A stretch of 63,362 bases of DNA, counting the filler, from Octopus bimaculoides (Eukaryota), in NCBI RefSeq assembly GCF_001194135.2. It is 5 parts of 4 records of this genome, joined end to end, with 100 filler letters (N's around TTAATTAATTAA, not from the genome) between each part and the next. Parts side by side here need not be neighbours in the genome. Positions count along the whole stretch, not along the records: positions 30,312 to 52,479 come from NW_026405748.1; positions 52,580 to 59,783 come from NC_068982.1; 3 more parts are not named here. One strand, given 5' to 3'. The notes beneath the pieces were generated by a model, which was given only the letters and a program-made list of their open reading frames with translations, was not told where the DNA came from and searched no databases. The position numbers and the translations under genes were made by a program. How positions within the stretch are numbered: position 1 is the stretch's first letter; the number at the start of each line of letters is the position of its first letter. Below, one piece after another: positions 39,181 to 53,020 of this stretch.

Positions 39181-40102
39181 TTATTACCCCTGCCTTAGCG
39201 AAGGCAGAGGTATTGTTTTCAGTTGCATCTGTTTGTTTGTCTGTGGACAAGATATCTCAAGAACCACAAGATGGATTCGGATGAAACTTTCAGGGATGTT
39301 TGGCCTCGTGACTGGCATGAACTGATTAGATTTTGGAATTGATCAGGTACCGCAAAAGGATTCTGGATTATTTGTTATATTTACTTTATATGATTACGAT
39401 CTTATGTTCACTTTCAAGTCTTTCTCAGTTATCTCCCTTTAGGCTGTTTCCAAAGTTTTATTTTCGTTTCTCTATTATTAATTTTACTTGCATCTCTATC
39501 ATAGTAGAAACTGATGGATAAAGAAATCAAACTATATAAACAAATGGCAGCAAAACCATTCAGAAATTAAATAACACTAACATATTTTTATAATATATAT
39601 ATTATATATTATACATACATATTAACACTTTACAGTATACTTACATATATATATATATATACATCCATACATCGATCTAAAACAACAGGAATACTAAAGG
39701 AAGGCTGGAATTTAAAAGAAGAGAAGACCAAAAGGTCTCATGCTTATCATTTAAAAATTCTTGAGTAGAACTTATTATTATTACTTCCATCTTTGAAACC
39801 ATTTTGAATAGTGAATTTATTAACTTTGTCTTGTATTAGATAAGCATAAACTATTTATTACTGTTACAAATTTTTTTACAGCCACTTTCACATTCTATGA
39901 CTACCATTGGGATTGATCAGGTACTGGACGAGGATTTTAGATTATTTTTCTGGGGTTTTTTTTACTTAATTTTTGAGAGCAGTCAGGTTCATTTTTAGTA
40001 TTCTCATTTGTGAGAGCAGTCGAGTTTATTTTAGATATTCTCATTTTAAAAATCATCGCTGGCTAATTTGGCGGAGGTTTGTGCTCTCTGAGTACTCTTG
40101 TT
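39181..40102 (+). mobile_element. Helentron-associated non-autonomous element (HINE/DINE-1-like architecture)
   Basis: 5' ttattacccctgcc..ggcagagg hairpin, then (GTTT/GTCT) simple repeat; 3' subterminal ggcggagg, hairpin gtgctc-tct-gagtac and terminal tt. Confidence 0.65.
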
Positions 40103-40307
40103 CTTGTTCTTGTTATTATTATTAAAGTGGTGAACTGACAGAATCATTAGGGCGTTGGACAAAATGCTTTGCAGTATTTCTTCAAATGCTTAACATTTTC
40201 AGTTCAAATACTACCAAGGCCTTTTGAGGTCAGTCCTGTAAGTGGGGCCAATGTAATTCACTTGCTAACTACCCTCAAAATTGCTGGTCTTGTAAAAAAT
40301 TAAAAAG

Positions 40308-40352
<45 letters not shown>

Positions 40353-40361
40353 TACTATTAT

Positions 40362-40622
40362 TGTTCGGGTGGCACATAAGATGCACCATTTTGAGCATGG
40401 CCGTTGCCAGTACCGCCTGACTGGCCTTTGTGCGGGTGACACGTAAAAGCACCCACTACACTCTTGGAGTGGTTGGCGTTAGGAAGGGCGTCCAGCTGTA
40501 GAAACTCTGCCAAATCAGATTGGAGCCTGGTGTTGCCATCTGGTTTCATCAGTCCTCAGTCAAATCGTCCAACCCATGCTAGCATGGAAAGCGGACGTTA
40601 AACGATGATGATGATGATGATT
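40362..40622 (+). mobile_element. 3' UTR of RTE-group LINE family G with (GAT)n tail
   Basis: aaaagcacccactacactc..gagtggttggcgttaggaaggg...catggaaagcggacgttaaacgatgatgat; follows RT coding sequence at 56513-57118. Other pieces at 44217-44310(+) and 47735-47925(-). Confidence 0.8.
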
Positions 40623-40979
40623 ATTATTATTATTATTGTTATTGCTATTTTTTCTTTTCTTTTTTTTTTGTAATTAATTTATCATTTCAATACATGTAAA
40701 CCCCCCCACACTTTATGTCTGTCTCTGTATTGCCCCCCCCCCCATCCTTCACCCTGTACCCAGGTGGCAATGGTTATGATGATGATGATGATGAAAGCGT
40801 GATAGTGTGGTGGTGGTGGTGGTGATGATGATAATGATGATGATGATGATGATGATGACGGCTTTTCCCCACCTGAAATGAAGAAAGCGAAATTAAATAA
40901 TACAAAATACATAGAATAAAATATTAACTTGAAACAAAATTTTCTTTTATTTTCTAAATCATTGTAATTTGGAGGCGGA

Positions 40980-41953
40980 GGTGTATGTGTGTGTAGTGGT
41001 GCTGTGGGGTGTGCACAAATGTGTGTTTATGTCTGTGTGTGTGTGTGTGTATGTGTATTTGTGAGGTGTGTCTACGTGTATGTATGTGCATGTGGCTGCA
41101 TCTATGTGAGTGTGATTATGAATGTGTGTGTGTGTGTGTGTGCATTTGAATGTGTGCGTATGTGTACGAATGTGTGTATGTGTGATGTGTCTATGTGTGT
41201 GCATGCGGATACATCTATGTGAGTTTGATTATGAATACGTGTGCGTGCATACGAATGTGTGTTTATGTGTATGTGTGTGCATGTAAGGTGTTTATGTGTG
41301 TGTGTGCGCATGTGGATGCATCTATGTGAATTTGTTTATGAATATGTGTGTGCATGTGTGTATGTTCCTGTAGTGTGTGTATGTGTGTATATGTGCTTAT
41401 GAGTGTGGGTGTGTTTGTATGCGGGTGTCTCTTTGCAGGTACCTTTGTGGGTGCAGATGTGCAAGCGTGTGTATGCGTACATGTTTGTGTATGTGCATGC
41501 ATGTGTGTATGCATGTATGTGTCTGTGTTTGCACATAGATAGATATATGCGCATATGCATTCGCATGTGTATTTGTGTCGGTCTGTGTGTCTATATATAT
41601 ANNNNNNNNNNNNNNNNNNNNNNNNNNNNNNNNNNNNNNNNNNNNNNNNNNNNNNNNNNNNNNNNNNNNNNNNNNNNNNNNNNNNNNNNNNNNNNNNNNN
41701 NNNNNNNNNNNNNNNNNNNNNNNNNNNNNNNNNNNNNNNNNNNNNNNNNNNNNNNNNNNNNNNNNNNNNNNNNNNNNNNNNNNNNNNNNNNNNNNNNNNN
41801 NNNNNNNNNNNNNNNNNNNNNNNNNNNNNNNNNNNNNNNNNNNNNNNNNNNNNNNNNNNNNNNNNNNNNNNNNNNNNNNNNNNNNNNNNNNNNNNNNNNN
41901 NNNNNNNNNNNNNNNNNNNNNNNNNNNNNNNNNNNNNNNNNNNNNNNNNNNNN

Positions 41954-41984
<31 letters not shown>

Positions 41985-42397
41985 CATATATATATCTGTC
42001 TGCAAATGCCTGTGTGCGTGCATGTGGATGACTGTCTGTGGATGTACATGTGTGTGTGTCTCTATGTACGTGCATGCATCTCTGTGGATATGTGTGACAT
42101 GTAATTACGTGTGGATGTCTGTTTATTAGAGCCTATGTGTTTGTGTGTGTATGTGTGTGCATATGCATGTGTCTGTGTGTGTATGCGCCTCTGTATGTAT
42201 ATGTGTAACGTGATGTGTGACGTGTAATAACATGTAGATGTCTGTGTATCACAGCCTGTGTGTGTGTGTGTGTGTGTGCTGTGCGTGTGTGTGTATGTGT
42301 GAATGTGTGTGTGTGTTTGTATGTTCCTGTATGTGTCTGCAGGCACCTGTGATATTTGTATATTACTATTCTTTCTTTGCATCTTTATGAGTATGTG

Positions 42398-42483
<86 letters not shown>

Positions 42484-42597
42484 CTAAACACATAGAAATA
42501 TGCATATAAATATACATACACACATATATGTGACTTGTATGCAAAGATGCATATATATGTACAATGTATATATGTACATATACATATGGATATATAC

Positions 42598-42646
<49 letters not shown>

Positions 42647-42670
42647 CATATATATATGTATGTATGTACA

Positions 42671-42723
<53 letters not shown>

Positions 42724-43296
42724 GTATATATGTATATGTATGTATGTATATATCTATCTGTATATATCTATATTTGCCCTTTATATATAATTAAATATAT
42801 GTATATATCTATATATATGTATATATCTATATATATATATATATATATAGATACATACATATACATATCTAGATATATGTGTGTATATAACTATATACAT
42901 ATTTTCATACATATGTAAATATCTCTATCTATCTGTATATATACATACATATATATATATATATATANNNNNNNNNNNNNNNNNNNNNNNNNNNNNNNNN
43001 NNNNNNNNNNNNNNNNNNNNNNNNNNNNNNNNNNNNNNNNNNNNNNNNNNNNNNNNNNNNNNNNNNNNNNNNNNNNNNNNNNNNNNNNNNNNNNNNNNNN
43101 NNNNNNNNNNNNNNNNNNNNNNNNNNNNNNNNNNNNNNNNNNNNNNNNNNNNNNNNNNNNNNNNNNNNNNNNNNNNNNNNNNNNNNNNNNNNNNNNNNNN
43201 NNNNNNNNNNNNNNNNNNNNNNNNNNNNNNNNNNNNNNNNNNNNNNNNNNNNNNNNNNNNNNNNNNNNNNNNNNNNNNNNNNNNNNNNNNNNNNNN

Positions 43297-43392
<96 letters not shown>

Positions 43393-43570
43393 GTACACAT
43401 ATGCATACATATATGTTTGTTGTATATATATATTTGTATATCTATATATATAGAGAGAGAGATATATAGATATATGCATATGCATGTGTGCCTGTATATT
43501 TGTATGTGTATGCCAATAATGCACCTGTGTATATATGCTTATGGTTGTGTGTGTGTGTGTGTGTGTGTGT
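40980..43570. repeat. Degenerate (TG)n and (TA)n mosaic with gaps
   Basis: Directly visible. Confidence 0.9.
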
Positions 43571-44181
43571 GTTTATGTGCTTGTGCTTGTGCGTGTCTAT
43601 CTATCTTTGGTTTCAGGCTTCAATATTCCGCTGTGCTCAGCAGGAAAAAAAAAAATTTTTTTTAATCTAAATTACTTTTTTGAAAAAAAAAATTATTACT
43701 TTTGAATTTGTCAACAACTTCAAATATAAATTACTTACAATTACTACTGCTGCTACTACTACTACTACTACTACTGACACTATAGCTGCTGCTGCTACTG
43801 GTGCTACTGCTGCTACCATCACTACTACTACTTTTACATATATATACATGTGTTATTTCTTTACTGCCCACAAGGGGCTACACACAAAGGGGGACAAACG
43901 GATTAAGTCGATTACATCGACCCCAGTGCGTAACTGGTACTTATTTAATCGACCCTGAAAGGATGAAAGGCAAAGTCGACCTCGGCGGAATTTGAACTCA
44001 GAATGTAATGGCAGACGAAATACTGCTAAGCATTACAATGCTGGAGCACCTCCTTTTAGTTGAAGGAATTGACCACAGAACTTATTCTTTGTGAGCCTGG
44101 TACTTATTCTATCAATCACTTTTGCTGAACCGCTAAGTTACTAGGACACAAACACACCTAGCGATGGTGGGGCACAAACAC

Positions 44182-44219
<38 letters not shown>

Positions 44220-46478
44220 TCGGAGCCTGGTGTAGCCATCTGGTTTCACCAGTCCTCAGTCAAATCGTCCAAGCGGATGTTAAACGACGATGATGATGAT
44301 GATGATGATAAGATGGGCTTCTTTCAGTTTCTGTCTACCAAATCCACTCACAAGACTTTGGTTGGCCCTAGGCTATAATAGAAGACTCTTGCCCAAGGTG
44401 CCATGCAATGGGACTGAACCCAGAACCATGTGGTTGGGAAGCAAACTTCTTACCACACAACCATGCCTGAACTTAATTAAAATTCCAATTATATTTTGTT
44501 TGTGTTGCCATGNNNNNNNNNNNNNNNNNNNNNNNNNNNNNNNNNNNNNNNNNNNNNNNNNNNNNNNNNNNNNNNNNNNNNNNNNNNNNNNNNNNNNNNN
44601 NNNNNNNNNNNNNNNNNNNNNNNNNNNNNNNNNNNNNNNNNNNNNNNNNNNNNNNNNNNNNNNNNNNNNNNNNNNNNNNNNNNNNNNNNNNNNNNNNNNN
44701 NNNNNNNNNNNNNNNNNNNNNNNNNNNNNNNNNNNNNNNNNNNNNNNNNNNNNNNNNNNNNNNNNNNNNNNNNNNNNNNNNNNNNNNNNNNNNNNNNNNN
44801 NNNNNNNNNNNNNNNNNNNNNNNNNNNNNNNNNNNNNNNNNNNNNNNNNNNNNNNNNNNNNNNNNNNNNNNNNNNNNNNNNNNNNNNNNNNNNNNNNNNN
44901 NNNNNNNNNNNNNNNNNNNNNNNNNNNNNNNNNNNNNNNNNNNNNNNNNNNNNNNNNNNNNNNNNNNNNNNNNNNNNNNNNNNNNNNNNNNNNNNNNNNN
45001 NNNNNNNNNNNNNNNNNNNNNNNNNNNNNNNNNNNNNNNNNNNNNNNNNNNNNNNNNNNNNNNNNNNNNNNNNNNNNNNNNNNNNNNNNNNNNNNNNNNN
45101 NNNNNNNNTATATATATATAGAACGGGCTTTTTTTCAGTTTCTGTCTACCAACTTTGTTCCCCAAAACCACTCACAAGGCTTTGGTTGGCCTGGAGCCAT
45201 AGCAAAAGACACTTGTTCACATTACCGTGAAGCAGGACTGAACCCGGAACCATGTGGTTGGGAAGCAAACTTCTTACCACACAACCATGCCTGAACTTAA
45301 TTAAAATTCCAATTATATTTTGTTTGTGTTGCCATGTGTGGGTGTGTTTGCTATGAATGACTTCCAGCTCAATAAATGTTTGAAATATTTTAAATTCTTC
45401 TCTGGTAATTGCAATAATGACTTCCAAAATAATCACGTCACGTGACCACAACGTTCATGTGACATGAAATATATTTTACCCCTTCCCTCATTCCCTTCCC
45501 TTAATCATCTCTCATCCTCCCCATACACTCTCTTGCAACAGTTACCCACCTGCCTACGTTGTTATTCTGACACCACCCCTCTCCGTCACTCTGTCAGTTG
45601 TGACGACGAGGGTGCCTGTTGATTTAATCAATGGAACAGCCTGCTTGTGAAATTAACAAGCAAGTGACTGAGTACTCCACAGATGCGCATACCCTTAACG
45701 TAATTCTCAGGGAGATTCAGCATGACACAGAGTATGACAAGGCTGGCTCTTTTGAATTACAGGTACGACTCATTTTTGCCAGCTGAGTGGACTGGAGCAA
45801 TGTGAAATAAAGTGTCTTGCTCAAGGACACAACACATCTGAGTTCAAATTCTGCCAAGGTCAACTTTGCCTTTCATCCTTTCAGCATCAATAAAATAAGT
45901 ACCAGTCAAGCACTGAGGTCAATGTAATCAACTAGTACCCTCCCTCGAAATTTCAGGCCTTGTGCCAAAATTTGAAACCACAAAATAAGTACCAGTTGAG
46001 AACAGGGGGTCAATGTAATCGACTCATCCTCTCCCCAAAAATTGCTGCCCTTATGGCAAAATTTGCAACCATTATTATTATTATTATTATNNNNNNNNNN
46101 NNNNNNNNNNNNNNNNNNNNNNNNNNNNNNNNNNNNNNNNNNNNNNNNNNNNNNNNNNNNNNNNNNNNNNNNNNNNNNNNNNNNNNNNNNNNNNNNNNNN
46201 NNNNNNNNNNNNNNNNNNNNNNNNNNNNNNNNNNNNNNNNNNNNNNNNNNNNNNNNNNNNNNNNNNNNNNNNNNNNNNNNNNNNNNNNNNNNNNNNNNNN
46301 NNNNNNNNNNNNNNNNNNNNNNNNNNNNNNNNNNNNNNNNNNNNNNNNNNNNNNNNNNNNNNNNNNNNNNNNNNNNNNNNNNNNNNNNNNNNNNNNNNNN
46401 NNNNNNNNNNNNNNNNNNNNNNNNNNNNNNNNNNNNNNNNNNNNNNNNNNNNNNNATTATTATTATTATTATTATTAT

Positions 46479-46872
46479 TGAGTGAGAGAGCAGTGCATGC
46501 CATCAAAGTGACACTGGGGTAAAATATACAAAGCCCATTATACTCATCATGACTACCCGTCTGATAAGGGTACACCAGGTATATGCATCACAACCATATG
46601 TGCGCGACATGGTGATCTCGTATCAAGATAAACAGCGCATGACCTTGCAGGTGGGGCCCGGTTAGAATTTTCTTCAGGTCAAGTAGCCCATCCTGCTCAA
46701 AAGGTCCCTGAATAAGGTTTGTTTAAGGATGTTGAGCAAAACACCTATGTTTCCAAAGGTGAATTGTTCAAACCCCTAAGAATTCCTCTTAACACATGGC
46801 TATGATGCTCTCCCACTACTTCTGCTCATGGTCAGAGATGCACATATCGTCAGCCACCAAGGGACATGCTCA
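46479..46872. mobile_element. ~540 bp ATT-array element, truncated copy 3 (another stub at 46920-46968)
   Basis: Colinear with 31210-31600; (ATT)n on both sides. Confidence 0.85.
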
Positions 46873-46877
46873 ATTCA

Positions 46878-46918
<41 letters not shown>

Positions 46919-48147
46919 GATTGAGAGAGCAATATCTGCCATCAAAGTGACACTTGGGGTACAAATATATTCTGGGTGTGCTAGGTGTTTGCTGCACATC
47001 TATTGCAAATGGCAAATTCATTATAAATATTAATCTTATTCATTAATTTAATCCCAAATCTTAATGGAAAACTCTTGTTATACCTCTGCTTGAAATTTGG
47101 TGGCATTGGGTGTGGCAGTATACCCAATGACTACAACCACCATACACTACTGCTACAATGCTGAACAAGAGAGTAGCAACAGTGTTGTACAAGCTTTTGT
47201 CACTTAAATACAATGACGTGTGGAGGCGCAATGGCCCAGTGGTTAGGGCAGCGGACTCGCGGTTTTGNNNNNNNNNNGATCAACTGGAACCCTCGACGTT
47301 GTAAGCGACGGAGTGCCAACAATAACAATGACATGTAGATGTTTCACTATCTTTTCATTTATTCATACAATTTGTAGTTTGTATTTCATTTTTTCATTTC
47401 GGTTCTCGTTTCTCAATTGTTACTTTCTTTTACCTTTTCATTTTCCCCACTGTTGTGTTCTTAAGTGCTTTGACTTATATTAACTTCTCTTAGCTTAGTG
47501 TCCCCCTGTTTTATTCTGAGACTATACTTCACTCTCGCCTTTCACCTTCCCAACTGACAGCATTAACCTATTGTCTCTCTGCACTGGTTTGTATTTTATA
47601 AATTCCTATGGCGATGGATGGGAGGTGACATGTAAAGCGGTGTCTGCGCACATGCAAGGATGAAAGAAAATCAGAACAACCAAATTGAATGTAAGACAGC
47701 CATCATCTGACATGAAGAGGCAATCATCATTTTTATTTATCATCATCATCATTCAGCATCCATCTTTCATGCTGGCATGGGTTGGATGGTTTGACAAGAT
47801 CTGGTAAAGCAGAAGACTACATCAGGTTTCACTGTCTGCTTTGGCATGGTTTTTTTTACAGTTGGATGCCCTTCCTAATGCCAATCACTTTACAGAGTGG
47901 ACTGGGTACATTTTATGTGGCACCAGCAAGATAAGGCCTGCTTTGGCCTTCAAAAACCACTTTCACTATCTCTTTCCGCTTTTGGTTACTTCAGCCATGT
48001 AACCACACACCTGTTTTTTTCCGGCTGTTCTATTCCTTCTCTCTGGACCTTTCCACTTACCTTTTTGAGCCATACTCAAAGCTTCACACCCACTCTTTCT
48101 TCTGTCTTAAACTGAGCATCAATCTAATACCTTCACTGCGTACGTCC

Positions 48148-48197
<50 letters not shown>

Positions 48198-48742
48198 NNN
48201 NNNNNNNNNNNNNNNNNNNNNNNNNNNNNNNNNNNNNNNNNNNNNNNNNNNNNNNNNNNNNNNNNNNNNNNNNNNNNNNNNNNNNNNNNNNNNNNNNNNN
48301 NNNNNNNNNNNNNNNNNNNNNNNNNNNNNNNNNNNNNNNNNNNNNNNNNNNNNNNNNNNNNNNNNNNNNNNNNNNNNNNNNNNNNNNNNNNNNNNNNNNN
48401 NNNNNNNNNNNNNNNNNNNNNNNNNNNNNNNNNNNNNNNNNNNNNNNNNNNNNNNNNNNNNNNNNNNNNNNNNNNNNNNNNNNNNNNNNNNNNNNNNNNN
48501 NNNNNNNNNNNNNNNNNNNNNNNNNNNNNNNNNNNNNNNNNNNNNNNNNNNNNNNNNNNNNNNNNNNNNNNNNNNNNNNNNNNNNNNNNNNNNNNNNNNN
48601 NNNNNNNNNNNNNNNNNNNNNNNNNNNNNNNNNNACAGCCTACTTATAAAGGTAGAAATTCCAGGGTTTAGTGAAATGCTTTTGTATTACATAGATAAAT
48701 AAAGAAATGGATTTAAACGCGGGTGTTATTCAAATCTTTATA

Positions 48743-48830
48743 CTTCCGACATATGTTTCGAAGAAAGCATTGGTATTATTCCAGGGGGAATAAAATGATG
48801 TAAAACAATGCGATCCTCTCATCAAGGAAA
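48743..48830 (-). ncRNA. Type I hammerhead ribozyme motif with extended stem II (C3U variant)
   Basis: UUUCC-UUGAUGA-GAGGA..GCAUUG..UAUUCC(CCCU)GGAAUA..CAAUGC..UCUUC-GAAA-C(AUAU)G-UC-GGAAG: three nested helices in stem II, palindromic AUAU loop in stem III, GUC site, 5-bp stem I. Confidence 0.72.
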
Positions 48831-50244
48831 GAAAGAGAAACGAAGCACATCAATAAGCCAGTGGTGGTGGTGGTGGTGATGGGGACGCTGATGCTGATAA
48901 CGATGATGATGATGATGGGGATGATGACGACAACGACGACAATGATAATACTGCAGAAGATGAAGAGATTCGCCAACCAGAACAATATAATAGGCACTGG
49001 TACAATTTGATCTCAATTAATTACTATGTGTTGAGCATATTTTTTTGTAATACACTAACGATTTTTGCAACATGAATGTTTGTATTTCAATATTTTTCAC
49101 AAATAACTTCTTAACACGATGCCAAATTCTGGTATATTATAACATAATCTATAAGTTCTGGTTTATACATTCAAAATTTCTAAAATTTCAGAAATTTAAA
49201 GCAGTGCGACAGGTAATTTAAATATCAATAAAATTTCAGCATTTAATTTTTTTTTTTTTTCATATATAGATTTTTTTTTTTTTAAGTTTTTTCTTTTTTC
49301 TTTTTAACGATTTCCTTGGAAAAAAAATATTAAATTTTTTCAATGATTAGTCTGGCATTTCTTTGACTGAAATATTTTCAATCAATTTGGTTTTCGACCA
49401 ACATGGGTTTCACGTTTAAGGACCGTGTTTGCGACAAATTTTCCAAAAACTTTGTGAGCGCGCGCGTGTGTGTGTGTGCGCACGTGTGTGTGAATGTGCA
49501 TATCTCTATGTATATGCAAATGCATGCATATATGTGTGTATTTGTAGATAGACAAATATGTCTCCACCACACACACAGCTATATATATATGTTTATACAT
49601 ATAGATATATATGCATATATATAGATATATGTATATATATAGTTATATGTATGTATATATGTATATATATTTGTATATATGCACACACAAGTAGAGCTTT
49701 TAATAACTACGTATTGTACTTCAAGTATTAAGTAGTCTACTACTTCACACACACACACATATATATATATATANNNNNNNNNNNNNNNNNNNNNNNNNNN
49801 NNNNNNNNNNNNNNNNNNNNNNNNNNNNNNNNNNNNNNNNNNNNNNNNNNNNNNNNNNNNNNNNNNNNNNNNNNNNNNNNNNNNNNNNNNNNNNNNNNNN
49901 NNNNNNNNNNNNNNNNNNNNNNNNNNNNNNNNNNNNNNNNNNNNNNNNNNNNNNNNNNNNNNNNNNNNNNNNNNNNNNNNNNNNNNNNNNNNNNNNNNNN
50001 NNNNNNNNNNNNNNNNNNNNNNNNNNNNNNNNNNNNNNNNNNNNNNNNNNNNNNNNNNNNNNNNNNNNNNNNNNNNNNNNNNNNNNNNNNNNNNNNNNNN
50101 NNNNNNNNNNNNNNNNNNNNNNNNNNNNNNNNNNNNNNNNNNNNNNNNNNNNNNNNNNNNNNNNNNNNNNNNNNNNNNNNNNNNNNNNNNNNNNNNNNNN
50201 NNNNNNNNNNNNNNNNNNNNNNNNNNNNNNNNNNNNNNNNNNNN

Positions 50245-50277
<33 letters not shown>

Positions 50278-50284
50278 CACAAGC

Positions 50285-50679
50285 ATGCATGTGCACATTC
50301 ACATGTGTGTGTATATGTATATATATATATATATGTATATACTTATTGCATACCTCCATATACACTGCCCTTTTCATCCCTCTCTCTCTCTCTCTCTTTC
50401 TCTCTATCTCTCTCACTCTCCCACACTCTCTCTCTCTCTCTCTCTCTCATTCCCTCTCCCTCTATCTCTATCTCTCTCACTATCGCCCCCGCTCTCCTCT
50501 GATGTATATATGGTACATGCTATATCTTCCGCCATTACAAGCAGTAAATACCTCCAGTCATTTTCCTGCACAGTTTGCAATTCACTGCAAACAGACGACA
50601 TACTGTTTGTCAATCTTCCACTTACTAATATTTGTACAACAATAAATTTTTATTCTTTACACTTTTATTCTTCTTCGTC

Positions 50680-50731
<52 letters not shown>

Positions 50732-50891
50732 CATTATTATTCATTTCAAACAGCTCTGCTACCCCTCAACACTCGTTAAATCTTCCAGCAAATATATATA
50801 TATATATATACACACACTTACATGAAACCCCATCACCTTACCAACTTTATATTTATATATACATGTGTATGCATATCGCTATATATTTGTA

Positions 50892-50927
<36 letters not shown>

Positions 50928-50929
50928 TA

Positions 50930-50994
<65 letters not shown>

Positions 50995-51206
50995 TATATA
51001 TATATAAATTATATATATATATAAATTGTATATATATAATATTTATATGTAATATTTTATATATATACTTACACATATATAATATACACATATATGCATT
51101 TAAAAGTATATATGAATACACACACACACACACACACATGTATGTATGTAACGTATATATATGTACATATGTATATAATATATATGTATATATTTATATA
51201 TATGTG

Positions 51207-51240
<34 letters not shown>

Positions 51241-52380
51241 GGCATATATATATGTATGTATATACATATGTGTGTGTATATATATATGTGTGTTATATAT
51301 ATATATATATATATATATCTGTATGTATATATGGGTAAATCGATTATTTGTTCTTAGATATTTGTGTGAAAGTAGAATTCTCTATTATTATTGATAAAAT
51401 TATTATTATTAATATTACTACTACTACTACTACAAAAAATACTATTCTTATTCTTATCATTATTATTATAGTTATCAATATTATTATCATCATCATTATT
51501 ACTATTGTTGTTGTTTTTGTTTTCGTTGTTGTTGTTGTTGTTGTAGCTGTTCTCTTTTTTTTTTTTTTTTTCCAAATGTCTTTTTTTACATTTTCGTGTT
51601 CATTCTCATAAACACCATTACACACTTTACTTCACACACACATACACACACAAACAAACACACGTACACTCACTCATACACACACACACACACACACATG
51701 CACACACTTATGCACAATATTCTTTGTAATATTTGCAGCAACAAAAGTGTAAAAACATCATAATCAAAGCTGATGAGTAGGAGGAAGATGAGGGGGGAGG
51801 AGAACAATAAGGGAAGGGGAGGAGGTGATGATGATGAGAATAATGACGATGGTGGTGGTGGTGGTGGTGGGGGTGATGATGATGATGATGATTGATGTAG
51901 TGGTGGTGGTGGCAGCGGCAGTAGTGGCGGTGGTGGTGGTGGTGTGGATGATCATAATGATTGTGATTGGTGATGGTGGTGGTGGTGGTGGTGGTGGTCA
52001 TGGTGACAATGAGGATGATGGTGATGATTGAGGTAGTGGTAGGGATGATGATGATGATGATATAGGTGATGTGGATCGTGATGATGTTGATGGTGATTGA
52101 CACAGTTGTAGTGGTGGTGGTGTTGATGGCGGCGGCAGTGGTGGTGATGGTGGCAATGTTGGTGGTGGCGATGATGACGACGATGTTGATAGTGGTGGTG
52201 AGAGCAACAATGACAACGGCAGTAATGGGGACGATAACACTGATGTTAGCCACAGTGGCAGTCAATGTGTTGTCGATGATGACGACAACAATGACAGCAA
52301 CAATGATCATGATGATAATGGCTAAGACGATATTGATGTTAGCAGAGATGGTTGTCATTATTGTTGGAATCATCAGAACA
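50285..52380. repeat. TA/CT then ATT/GAT/GGT triplet low-complexity block
   Basis: Directly visible. Confidence 0.88.
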
Positions 52381-52579
52381 GCAGCTGGTTGGGAGTTTCA
52401 CTAAAAGCAAGCAAAAAAGATTATAGCCGAATCGATAAGGTTTACACACAATGTAGCAATGGAAAGAACAGTCAATTGCNNNNNNNNNNNNNNNNNNNNN
52501 NNNNNNNNNNNNNNNNNNNNNNNTTAATTAATTAANNNNNNNNNNNNNNNNNNNNNNNNNNNNNNNNNNNNNNNNNNNN

Positions 52580-53020
52580 TATCTCATCATCATCATCATC
52601 ATCATCATCATTGTTTAACGTCCGCTTTCCATGCTAGCATGGGTTGGACGATTTGACTGAGGACTGGTGAACCAGATGGCTACACCAGGCTCCAATCTGA
52701 TTTGGTAGAGTTTCTACAGCTGGATACCCTTCCTAACGCCAACCACTCAGAGAGTGTAGTGGGTGCTTTTACGTGCCACCTGCACGAAGGCCAATCAGGA
52801 TGTACTGGCAACGGCCACGCTCGAAATGGTGTATTTTATGTACCACCTGCACAGGAGCCAGTCCAGCAGTACTGGCAATGAACTCGCTCGAATGTCTTTT
52901 CATGTGCCACTGGCACAAGTTCCAGGAAGGCAACGTTGGTAACGGTCACGCTCTAATGGTGCTATTTACGTGCCACTGGCACGAAAGCCAGACAGCTGGT
53001 GCTCTGGCAACGATTACGCT
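52580..53020 (-). mobile_element. LINE family G 3' UTR with an internal ~62-65 bp tandem array
   Basis: (CAT)n tail at 52582-52612, family G UTR, then four ttttacgtgccac..gcac..ctggcaac..cgct..atggtg units. Confidence 0.8.

Noticed and set aside
40760-40875. Good minus-strand acceptor followed by a His- or Ser/Pro-rich frame
   Set aside because: The frame is a CAT/CAC microsatellite with no convincing donor or homology.
44425-45335. Identical ~88 bp on both sides of a gap (44425-44512 vs 45248-45335)
   Set aside because: Most likely assembly or haplotype redundancy; the same applies to 53027-53056 vs 53066-53115.
47219-47266. tRNA-like sequence (also 35690-35735 and 10590-10640)
   Set aside because: SINE heads that continue into SINE bodies; no complete cloverleaf.
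50563-50612. Two small adjacent hairpins, one with CAGUGA on the minus strand (IRE-like)
   Set aside because: With CAGUGA as the loop the upper stem does not pair and there is no C bulge.
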